DNA of 32,000 nucleotides from Candidatus Saccharimonadota bacterium (GTDB lineage Bacteria; Bacteroidota; Bacteroidia; Cytophagales; Amoebophilaceae): NCBI RefSeq assembly GCF_003351905.1, contig NZ_CP022339.1, positions 120,001 to 152,000 of the forward strand, read 5' to 3'. Shown piece by piece: positions 23,988 to 32,000 of this stretch (position 1 is its first letter; each line of letters starts with the position of its first letter). The notes under the pieces were generated by a model. It saw only the letters and a program-made list of their open reading frames with translations, ran no database searches and was not told where the DNA came from. The position numbers and the translations under genes were made by a program.

Positions 23988-26900
23988 CTACCCAAAGGGA
24001 CATAAACGGAAGGTACTACCCATATGGGTAACCTGATTGACAATGTAGGCTACATTACGTCCAAATCTACTTTCAATATAGGAGAGGGGCACCTTAGAAT
24101 CCTCAACTACATCATGCAATAGAGCAGCTATTACTACATCTGGGTCTTGTGTTTCCATTAATACAATGCGTGCTACAGCCATAGGATGGGTGTAAAAAGG
24201 GTCTCCTGATGCACGTTTTTGGTCACCATGGCATTTTTTTATAAATAAAATAGTATCCCTTACCAATGCCCTACTCAACGAAGTTGATTGAACCAAGAGG
24301 TCTTCGGTTTCTATTTCTTGTTGCAGAGATGCGGGTGTTTCCATGATCTTAAAGTTGGGATAAAAAGGTAATGTATTCATTACATTATCTCTAATCTTGC
24401 TGAGATGTAGTGGCAACACATATAAAAAGGTAATGGCCGCATCTTGTTTGGTAATGGTACCATAGCCATAATGGGCACTAACTATTTGCATAATCTCTTT
24501 TTCGTACAGATCAGTGATCGTATTAGGCACTATACCAGGCGCTTTTTCTAATAAATCGGTATACAAGGGGTCTATCCTAGGTTTGTCTATACCAGTAGTA
24601 ATTACAAAAGCTACAGCAGGTAATTCTTTAAAAAATTTTGTCTCGCTATCAACATTATATTTTATTTTTGTATCCATTATATGGATCCTTATAATCTCTT
24701 GATTTTCTAATAACTTATTTTTACTTTCTTCAATGAGGCGCATACTTGTGACCAGAAGGTATTCAATTTTTCCTGCATCACATTCTAAATATTTTTGTTG
24801 CGTAGTATGGTAGATGGCTACCTGAAATAGGATACCTGCTTTTTTAGAAGTAGTGGTAGCACGATCAAACATATTTTCTATATCGACCAAAACAACCTCT
24901 AATGTAATATGGTCTCGTTCATAATAGGCTAAATCTTGCAAAAACGTTCTATAACTATCTAAGCTATTGATGCTTCGCTTAACCATTTCTTTGTGGTGGC
25001 ATAACTCATCTGGTTTGGATAATAGTTGCTGTAAATCAGAACAAACCTTTTTTAATACATCTTCTTGATGATTACTTTTGGTCAGTATATCCAAATGGTG
25101 TTGGTATTGAATTTTTTTAATGGTGGCTTGATCCTTATAGAAAGCAAGTTCATGCCAATAGGCCAACTGGTTGGCCAGTAATGTTTTTACGGTTTTATGT
25201 AAGGAGATATACTTTATAAGTGCACACCAACAAACAACCAAACATAAACAGTTTGACCAAGACCCCCAAGTAGAAACAAGCAAAGCTAATGGTGGATAAG
25301 GAGCAATAAAGTAGGTCATCACAAAAGCAGCTAGCAGCATGAAAGATGCGGTAGGCATCGGTAGAAAATAAAAGCCTACTGCAATATTTAATAGGTATAT
25401 AATTGTAGGCACTATTGCATAACCACTTATGCTAAAGCACAGTGCCCCAGGCAGGAATAGCAAACAAAAGATACCGATTAACCAAATATAGTGCATCACT
25501 ACTTTATGGTGTGTCGTTTGGTGGCTATGCCATATGGGATAACATATAAAATATGTAGCCAAAATCATGCATGGGGAAAAATAATATACCCAACTCAATT
25601 TTTGATTATAACATAGGCTGATACAGAGGTAAATTTCAGAATAAAATCCGACTCTAAAAAAGTGAGCTGGTTTTTTTGGAAAAATATTTCGTATATACTC
25701 CTTCCAACAGAAGGTCCTAATTGCCTCCTTGTATGCTTTCCATTTACGTTTTCTAAGTTGTTTTTCTATTAATAGGGGTTCTTGATCTTGCGTACCTCCA
25801 GTATGCGGTAGTTTAGGAAGCAAATAGTGACTAATTACGAGCACAACAATGTTGGCCAACATACTTGGAAAGATAAAATTCCACTTTGCATGCAAATAGT
25901 ATTGCATGATAGTAGTTACTAAAATACCTGCACCCATGCCCAATAATACAGATAGTGTACGTGGAAAAAAGCCTATGATGGCTATGATAAATGGTATAGA
26001 TACCATAGAACTACAGAAGGTAAGCATATGATAAAATGTAGTGTACAATAAATCTGGGTAGCTAATAGCTATCCAAAGTCCTACTCCACCCACGCAAATA
26101 GTAGCCACTCTAGCCCATATCAATTTATGTTTTAATGATCCTGTCAAAGGTTCTATAATATCATGAACTAATGTAACCGTGCACATGTGTAAGTTAGAGT
26201 CAACGGTAGACATGATTAATGAGATAAGGGCTATGTACAATAATATGTTGAAGCCAGCCGGTGCATCATTTGTAATCATATGTAAAAATTGACTAGGCTT
26301 TAGATCAGGATGCATGTGTAGTAAACAGATACCTACTGTAGCTAGCAAAATTTTTACTACAGTAAAGATCAATGCAGCACGTGTAAAAACAGCTTTAGCT
26401 TGCCACACGCTAGCCGACATATAAATCCGCTGTATATTTGCAGAGACCATCCATGGAATTACATAGGTAGCTATATCCAAAACCATAGAAGAAATTTTAG
26501 GACGATTATTGATAACGATGTCTACCCAATCACTACGTATCCGATTCAGTAACAAATCAATAATATTAGTGGGGGGATGCAGTTTTTGGTAAGTTATCAC
26601 AAATAACATAGGCATAAACAGACCAAAAAATAGAATTTGCATAAAATCTGTAAAGGCTACAGAACGTGCGCCCCCAATGGTAGCGTACAACGTTACAAAA
26701 ATGGCGATGGTGATTGTAAACAAGGTGCCATCTATGTTAAAAAATAACCTTAATAGTTTATTTACTATACAAAATTCCAATACCACCAGTCCACCAGAAC
26801 GGATCACAAATGCAATAGCAGCAATATACCTGACTCCTTTTCCATAGACCGTTCCCATAGATTCTGCCATGGACAAATGACGCATAAATTTACCCATACG

Positions 26901-27167
26901 CATAGCCAAGGAACGACCTATAATGAGGTAGGCCACTCCAGCAAATAATACGAGTACCAACGGACGCGCAACTACAAAATCTAAGTTGTTGCTTAAAGAT
27001 CTTCCTCCTAATGCAGTAGCAATAACGGATGCTACCAAAATCCAAGTTCCAAATCGTTTGTGTCCTACAGCATAATCCGAAAAATCCTTCATTTTTCGAC
27101 CTGTTATTAACCCTATTGTCAATGTTAATATTAAAAACCCTATGACCCACCATACTTCAGCATGCAT
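23988..27167 (-). CDS. Multidomain membrane protein: SSS (sodium:solute symporter)-like domain + extra TM block + degenerate kinase-like region + truncated SpoT-type HD fragment
   Basis: aa 1-~470 hold about 12-13 TM helices with the SSS signature ATIGGARSVAFTDFMQ. aa ~500-670 hold about 6 more TM helices. aa ~675-930 are soluble with WHELAF (H-box-like) and a degenerate ATPase-like segment. aa 965-1059 match the N-terminal half of the RelA/SpoT hydrolase domain. Confidence 0.75.
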   Translation of the reverse strand: MHAEVWWVIGFLILTLTIGLITGRKMKDFSDYAVGHKRFGTWILVASVIATALGGRSLSNNLDFVVARPLVLVLFAGVAYLIIGRSLAMRMGKFMRHLSMAESMGTVYGKGVRYIAAIAFVIRSGGLVVLEFCIVNKLLRLFFNIDGTLFTITIAIFVTLYATIGGARSVAFTDFMQILFFGLFMPMLFVITYQKLHPPTNIIDLLLNRIRSDWVDIVINNRPKISSMVLDIATYVIPWMVSANIQRIYMSASVWQAKAVFTRAALIFTVVKILLATVGICLLHMHPDLKPSQFLHMITNDAPAGFNILLYIALISLIMSTVDSNLHMCTVTLVHDIIEPLTGSLKHKLIWARVATICVGGVGLWIAISYPDLLYTTFYHMLTFCSSMVSIPFIIAIIGFFPRTLSVLLGMGAGILVTTIMQYYLHAKWNFIFPSMLANIVVLVISHYLLPKLPHTGGTQDQEPLLIEKQLRKRKWKAYKEAIRTFCWKEYIRNIFPKKPAHFFRVGFYSEIYLCISLCYNQKLSWVYYFSPCMILATYFICYPIWHSHQTTHHKVVMHYIWLIGIFCLLFLPGALCFSISGYAIVPTIIYLLNIAVGFYFLPMPTASFMLLAAFVMTYFIAPYPPLALLVSTWGSWSNCLCLVVCWCALIKYISLHKTVKTLLANQLAYWHELAFYKDQATIKKIQYQHHLDILTKSNHQEDVLKKVCSDLQQLLSKPDELCHHKEMVKRSINSLDSYRTFLQDLAYYERDHITLEVVLVDIENMFDRATTTSKKAGILFQVAIYHTTQQKYLECDAGKIEYLLVTSMRLIEESKNKLLENQEIIRIHIMDTKIKYNVDSETKFFKELPAVAFVITTGIDKPRIDPLYTDLLEKAPGIVPNTITDLYEKEIMQIVSAHYGYGTITKQDAAITFLYVLPLHLSKIRDNVMNTLPFYPNFKIMETPASLQQEIETEDLLVQSTSLSRALVRDTILFIKKCHGDQKRASGDPFYTHPMAVARIVLMETQDPDVVIAALLHDVVEDSKVPLSYIESRFGRNVAYIVNQVTHMGSTFRLCPFG
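23991..24275 (-). other. SpoT/RelA-type HD (ppGpp hydrolase) domain fragment, C-terminally truncated
   Basis: KKCHGDQKRASGDPFYTHPMAVARIVLMETQDPDVVIAALLHDVVEDSKVPLSYIESRFGRNVAYIVNQVTH parallels E. coli SpoT aa ~30-115 (HEGQTRSSGEPYITHPVAVA...AALLHDVIEDT...FGKSVAELVEGVS). The ORF stops before the LADR-HNMRT region. Confidence 0.7.
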
Positions 27168-27553
27168 AATATCCAGAACGTTTAATAGACTGCTTTACTC
27201 GATTACTAATAGCTATTTTATGGTCTATGCTCGTGAAATACATAGTATTCTAGCATAGTGTGCTTCTCTTAAGAATTGCACACCATGAATAGCCTTGAAC
27301 TTGAAAAAGGCCTGGTTTAAAAAATAAATTACAAGCATACACACTGTCCTATAAAAAAATAGGCTGATGGTACACTTCGTTTTTTACAACGTAGACGCAC
27401 TATAGCAATAATCTAACTATTGAATTTCACTGTTTTTTCTGACCTATACAACAAAGTTGTCTTACTATCCGCTTTTTTTAAGGATATGCTTTACTTTTTT
27501 TTGGCCTATAAGATCTTAACAGGAAGGCAAAACATGTAATATAAATAGTTTCT

Positions 27554-30500
27554 TTAGCTACTACAACCATTTCCGTCCGTGGTTCCTATGGTGGCCAGTA
27601 GCTGCTTTGCTGCAAGAACACTATCTATTTTTCCAGTAATGATAAGCATTAGATTCTGTCCCAACTTTTTGAGTTGGCAACAAGTTGGATGGGCTTGCAT
27701 ATAACGCATAATATGCTCCCACATGTTTAAATTTCTTTTTTGAGCATCAGCATCTAAGTAGCAATGTAACCGCTGACCTTTAAATGAAATTTTTTGAAAA
27801 CCAATGCGTTCTGCCTCCCATCGGAGTTGTACTGTTTCCAATAAAGTCTCTGTAGCAGTAGGTAATGGACCAAATCGATCTATTAATTCTTCTTTAAAAT
27901 TTGTAAGGTGGTCGTTATTTTTAAGCGCATTAAGCCTTGTATAAAGCGTCATTCGTTGCGTTGTACTTTGCACATATTCAGGTGGTAGCAGCGCTTCACA
28001 GTCTGTTTCAATCGAACACTCGGTATAGAGCGGTTTAGTGTTAAACAATGTTTTAAAATCGTTGTGCTTTACCTCATCTACCGCCTCTTCTAATATTTTA
28101 CAATAGGTCTCAAAACCAATATCCGATATAAATCCACTTTGTGCTGCACCGAGCAGATCACCCGCACCACGTATGTCTAGGTCCCTCATAGCCAGTTTAA
28201 AACCATCTCCTAACGCTGCACACTCTTCTAATGCGGTCAGCCTTAGTTTCGCTTCTGGCGTAAGGGTTACTTCTTCTGGAATCAATAGGTAGCAAAAAGC
28301 TTGCACATGAGAACGACCTACTCTACCGCGCATTTGATGTAAATCAGAGAGGCCTAAAAGGTGGCTGTCATTAATGATAATGGTATTGACATTGGGCATA
28401 TCTATGCCAGATTCTATAATACTAGTAGCAACCAGTATATCATACCGACCTACTATAAACTGCAATATTTTCTCTTCTAACATAGATCCGCCCATTTGGC
28501 CATGTGCCACACAGATGCGTGCTGCAGGCAATAGGTCTGATAAATTTTGTGCAATCGCGTTGATATTTCTTACCCTATTGTGCACAAAAAAGACTTGCCC
28601 CCCACGGGCTAATTCATCTTCTATGGCTTCTTTAATCAACTTATCGTCAAAGCGGTGCAACTTTGTTTGAACAGGCAGTCTATTGGTAGGAGGGGTAGTG
28701 AGCATACTTAAATCCCTGGCACCCATTAGCGAAAAATGGAGGGTCCGTGGAATAGGCGTAGCGGTCAAGGTGAGTGTATCTACATTCAACCGCATCTTTT
28801 TTAATTTTTCTTTTGCACGTACACCAAATTTCTGTTCTTCATCAATGATCAACAGCCCTAAATCTTTAAACTTGACACCATTGGTCAATAGTTTGTGTGT
28901 ACCTATTAAAATATCCACCTTACCAGAAGCCGTATGGGCAAGCGTTTGCTCGACTTCTTGTTTGGTTTTAAAGCGATTGATGTAACTGACATGAATGGGT
29001 AAACCAGCCAGCCTATCGATAAAAGAGTTGTAGTGTTGTAGGGCTAAAATAGTAGTAGGTACGAGTATAGCTACTTGTTTGCCCTGTACCGCTGCTTTAA
29101 AAGCTGCACGAATAGCGATTTCTGTTTTGCCAAATCCCACATCACCACAAACGAGTCGATCCATGGGAGTGGGGCGCTCCATGTCTGCTTTAACAGCCGC
29201 AATGGCGGCAGCTTGGTCTGGGGTTTCCTCATAGCAGAAAGAAGCAGCTAACTCTGCATCCAGTACCGTATCTGCCTTAAAAGCAAACCCCATTGTTTTT
29301 TTGCGTTGCGCATAAAGGGTAATCAGTTCTTTGGCAATGTCTTTGATCTGTTGTTTAACGCTGCTTTTTTTGCGTTGCCATGCAGAAGTTCCTAATGTAT
29401 GCATGCCAGGCGTTGTACCATCTTTACTGGTATATTTGCTGATTTTATATAGTTCGTGTACATTTACGTACACCATGTCGTTGTTTTTATAGATCAGGCG
29501 AATGGCTTCCTGTTTCTGGTTATGGATGGTTAAGGAATGGAGTCCAGAAAATCGGCCAATTCCGTAGTCATTATGGACCACATAATCACCAATTTCTAGC
29601 CTTCTATAGGCATCGACGAGTAAGGTTTCCGTTGGGGCATGCTGCTTGGGTGGTTGGTACTGATAATACCTATTAAAAATTTGATGATCACTGTAACATA
29701 CTATTTTAGCTGTATGATCTATATATCCTTCCCGTAAACTCAGTAGCAATGGCTTAAAAGTTGTCGGGGGCGCTTTGGCTTCTAAAATAGTAGTCAGTCG
29801 TGTAAATTGACCTGCAGCAGGTGCTGTAATATATACCTCATAGCCCTGCTGCTCTCTTTTGTAGAGGTCATCCGCTAGCAGATTAAAGTTTTGTTGAAAA
29901 CATGGTTGTTTTTCAGAGTTATATGATAATATTAGGGCACTATCTGAACCAGTGGATTCCCCAAATAGAATCTGATGAAAGGGGACAATAGATGCTATAA
30001 AGCTTTTCCAAGTCTCTAGGGTAGAGGTATCGTTGGATGTGGTCGTTTGTACTGCTAGCTTTTGTTTATTTTTTAGCCAAATACAACTGCCTTTGGGTAA
30101 ACAAGTTGAAAAGAAGATAGGATTGTACTGGCTTTTGGTTTTTATTTTTGCGTTGGATACAATAGTTGCTGCATTTGTCTTTTTAAAAGATTTTTGGTCT
30201 TTAGGGTCAAAGATGCGAATGGTAGAAACTTGGCCTCCCCATAGTTCCATTCGGTAGGGAAATGATTGAGGCACCGTATAAATATCAACAATGCCACCAC
30301 GTATAGCAAACTGACCTGAACTATAGACAAAATCTACTTTTGTAAAACCTTCTAGCATGCTTTCCAAAGTTTGGAGTGATAGCGTTTGGCCTACCTCTAT
30401 CCTGCAACCCATAGTGGATGGATCTGGGATTTTTTCCAACAGTGCAGCTATATGGGTGACGATTAATGGAGTAGACCTACCATCACGTATGGCCTGTATG

Positions 30501-30799
30501 ATAGCAGATCGTTTATTTTGAATAGAGGTATCCTCTTTTTGTGCCAAGCTGGGGAGTAGCAGCACCGAATGGGCCAAATGGGTTAAATCTCCATACATAG
30601 CCAATGCTTCTTCCTTGTTTTCCAGTATGATAAGCTGTACCCGATTGCAATTTCTTTGCAGGGCTGCAATCAGTAGTGCATCTAAACTGCCTTGCATACC
30701 TTGTAAGTGTATATCTTGCGGATCCTGTTTTAGGTAGTCTGTAAGCTTGGTTATAACTTCTTGTTTTTGATACCGTTCTATAAAATCGTTGATCTGCAA
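27554..30799 (-). CDS. mfd: Transcription-repair coupling factor
   Basis: UvrB-homology N-terminus and a CarD/RID region (GDYVVHNDYGIGRF). Superfamily-2 motifs GDVGFGKTE, DEEQKFG, TLTATPIPRT and HGQM...QMRGRVGRS. C-terminal TRCF domain. 1081 aa. Confidence 0.9.
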   Translation of the reverse strand: MQINDFIERYQKQEVITKLTDYLKQDPQDIHLQGMQGSLDALLIAALQRNCNRVQLIILENKEEALAMYGDLTHLAHSVLLLPSLAQKEDTSIQNKRSAIIQAIRDGRSTPLIVTHIAALLEKIPDPSTMGCRIEVGQTLSLQTLESMLEGFTKVDFVYSSGQFAIRGGIVDIYTVPQSFPYRMELWGGQVSTIRIFDPKDQKSFKKTNAATIVSNAKIKTKSQYNPIFFSTCLPKGSCIWLKNKQKLAVQTTTSNDTSTLETWKSFIASIVPFHQILFGESTGSDSALILSYNSEKQPCFQQNFNLLADDLYKREQQGYEVYITAPAAGQFTRLTTILEAKAPPTTFKPLLLSLREGYIDHTAKIVCYSDHQIFNRYYQYQPPKQHAPTETLLVDAYRRLEIGDYVVHNDYGIGRFSGLHSLTIHNQKQEAIRLIYKNNDMVYVNVHELYKISKYTSKDGTTPGMHTLGTSAWQRKKSSVKQQIKDIAKELITLYAQRKKTMGFAFKADTVLDAELAASFCYEETPDQAAAIAAVKADMERPTPMDRLVCGDVGFGKTEIAIRAAFKAAVQGKQVAILVPTTILALQHYNSFIDRLAGLPIHVSYINRFKTKQEVEQTLAHTASGKVDILIGTHKLLTNGVKFKDLGLLIIDEEQKFGVRAKEKLKKMRLNVDTLTLTATPIPRTLHFSLMGARDLSMLTTPPTNRLPVQTKLHRFDDKLIKEAIEDELARGGQVFFVHNRVRNINAIAQNLSDLLPAARICVAHGQMGGSMLEEKILQFIVGRYDILVATSIIESGIDMPNVNTIIINDSHLLGLSDLHQMRGRVGRSHVQAFCYLLIPEEVTLTPEAKLRLTALEECAALGDGFKLAMRDLDIRGAGDLLGAAQSGFISDIGFETYCKILEEAVDEVKHNDFKTLFNTKPLYTECSIETDCEALLPPEYVQSTTQRMTLYTRLNALKNNDHLTNFKEELIDRFGPLPTATETLLETVQLRWEAERIGFQKISFKGQRLHCYLDADAQKRNLNMWEHIMRYMQAHPTCCQLKKLGQNLMLIITGKIDSVLAAKQLLATIGTTDGNGCSS

Positions 30800-31379
30800 G
30801 ATAAAAAAAGGTTAATGAAAACAGTGCCATCTATCCAAGGAGATAAAATGGCTGGTAGCAGCTACGGCTAAACTATGAAAAATGAAATGCATCTACTGTC
30901 AAGAATAAGTCCAACGCAAACTTACAAATATTTTTTAAAAAATATGCTCAATAGAGTCATCGATTGGGTAGGATTTGTATACTTTTAAACCTTCTACTTT
31001 TTTCAAACGCCTACTATCTGCTATAGCGTATAGCAAAATAGTGAGGATGGGTTATCTACATAATTTTTATTGAAAAGACAATAGTTGTACTTAATCTATT
31101 TTGGTCTGATATTCTATTATTTTTGAATAAATAACCGTATATTAAAAGAAGCTATGATTATATATCATAATCATTTTTATGGTGTTCCATATAGAATAAA
31201 ATAGTAGTGACAAGAAGCAAAAACCATTTATTCATAACACTTGTATGGTATTGCTTTACCTTGTGGTCGAATGGATGCATAGGATGCACCAGATGGTTAT
31301 GGGGTGCCAATAAAAAAAAGAGCCAGGTTCTAATAGAGCCGCTGAGATCGTACAAAACTTAACCTCAAAGCGGGAAAAA

Positions 31380-32000
31380 ATGACGCCGTTACCAGATGGG
31401 GTCACTAGCCATACTATGCATACGTCTGATCTAGAACCGGAAGGAATAACTCCAGTACCAGATGTGATTGCTAACCATACGATGCATCATACACCTGATC
31501 CAAAACGGGACGAAGTAGCGCCAGCACCAGATAGCGTCAGCAGTCATATCCATAGTGATGAACATGGTCAAGTAGCTCAATCAGTGCAACAGACTGCAAT
31601 AGAAACCATATTCGGAAAGGTATACCACATAGCATCTGAAACATTAAATCCAGTCATTAAAGCAACAAAAATATTCATAGCGTTAATGTCACTAATTAAA
31701 TCAGAAGAGGAGTTACAAGCATTCGAAAAAGAGTTAAATGAACAACTAGAAGAAATAGTAAAGTCATCTCCCGGTTTCCTTATGTTAAAGCGAAAGTTAG
31801 AAAAAGAGCTAGATAATAAATATGAGCAAATATTAAAGGAAGGTCGCTATCTCCTTTTAGGTCTAAAATATTTTATAGCGTATAACAGGAAGATGGAACC
31901 AAAAAAGGCTGAAGTTACTAGACAAGCAATCAAAGATATAGTGGACATTATTAAAGAAGCCAAAGCAGTAGACCATACTATCCCTACGGATGAAGCGATA
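31380..32000 (+). CDS. Hypothetical protein, 5' part only (runs off the window), with N-terminal His/Pro-rich triple repeat
   Basis: My own translation from the ATG at 31380 gives MTPLPDGVTSHTMHTSDLEPEGITPVPDVIANHTMHHTPDPKRDEVAPAPDSVSSHIHSDEHGQV...AVDHTIPTDEA, with no stop to position 32000. The frame is open from 31314. No recognisable domain. Confidence 0.5.
   Translation, partial: MTPLPDGVTSHTMHTSDLEPEGITPVPDVIANHTMHHTPDPKRDEVAPAPDSVSSHIHSDEHGQVAQSVQQTAIETIFGKVYHIASETLNPVIKATKIFIALMSLIKSEEELQAFEKELNEQLEEIVKSSPGFLMLKRKLEKELDNKYEQILKEGRYLLLGLKYFIAYNRKMEPKKAEVTRQAIKDIVDIIKEAKAVDHTIPTDEAI

Noticed and set aside
28374-28985. 98-aa and 100-aa plus-strand ORFs inside mfd. Similar short antisense ORFs occur at 845-1048, 2315-2518, 2938-3171, 5569-5778, 6577-6792, 6962-7204, 7274-7495, 10848-11033, 11537-11734, 15023-15232, 16201-16386, 18929-19240, 24514-24702, 26890-27153, 30033-30330 and 30513-30830.
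   Set aside because: All are nested in or antisense to larger ORFs with clear homology signatures. An AT-rich genome with few stop codons on the antisense strand explains them.
30928-30945. 18-bp perfect palindrome ATATTTTTTAAAAAATAT downstream of the mfd start region
   Set aside because: It is a pure A/T low-complexity sequence. Such palindromes arise readily by chance here.
31158-31355. 65-aa minus-strand ORF in the mfd-downstream intergenic region
   Set aside because: It has no recognisable motif, lies in an AT-rich spacer, and nothing supports an upstream start context. It is left unannotated.

Overview
AT-rich bacterial chromosomal segment. About 20 housekeeping genes (recQ, gatA, dut, dusB, sppA, apbC/mrp, rnr, mfd, tRNA-Ile, tRNA-Ser, and a DtxR/MntR-regulated metal ABC uptake cluster) are interspersed with accessory or mobile material. 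Gene families (DUF3108, DUF502), TAnnTTTG-type -7 motifs, short leaders, an IS256-family element and ankyrin-repeat ORFs suggest an obligate intracellular Bacteroidota symbiont (Amoebophilus/Cardinium-like). That placement is inference only, because no search was possible. The standout feature is a 480-aa ORF (12787-14229). It fuses about 3 ankyrin repeats to nine tandem eukaryote-style C2H2 zinc fingers (C-x4-C-x12-H-x3-H with KPF-type linkers). The fingers are encoded by near-identical 90-bp repeats whose differences concentrate on the predicted DNA-recognition helix. The ORF sits in a small islet next to tRNA-Ser and a MITE. Other notable items follow. (1) A previously unrecognisable MITE-like family is present in three copies, one with a perfect 8-bp target-site duplication that splits off the 5' region of a HIT gene. 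(2) A 1059-aa ORF joins a sodium:solute-symporter-like domain, extra TM helices and a degenerate kinase-like region to a truncated SpoT-type HD (ppGpp hydrolase) fragment. (3) An ankyrin protein carries tandem PPxY motifs, and its 3' end is supplied by the IS. (4) The metal uptake cluster has a mosaic duplicated binding-protein gene, twin TATTTAG-N6-CTAAATA operator-like palindromes and no permease gene in the window. All domain calls come from motif recognition by eye, and domain boundaries are approximate.
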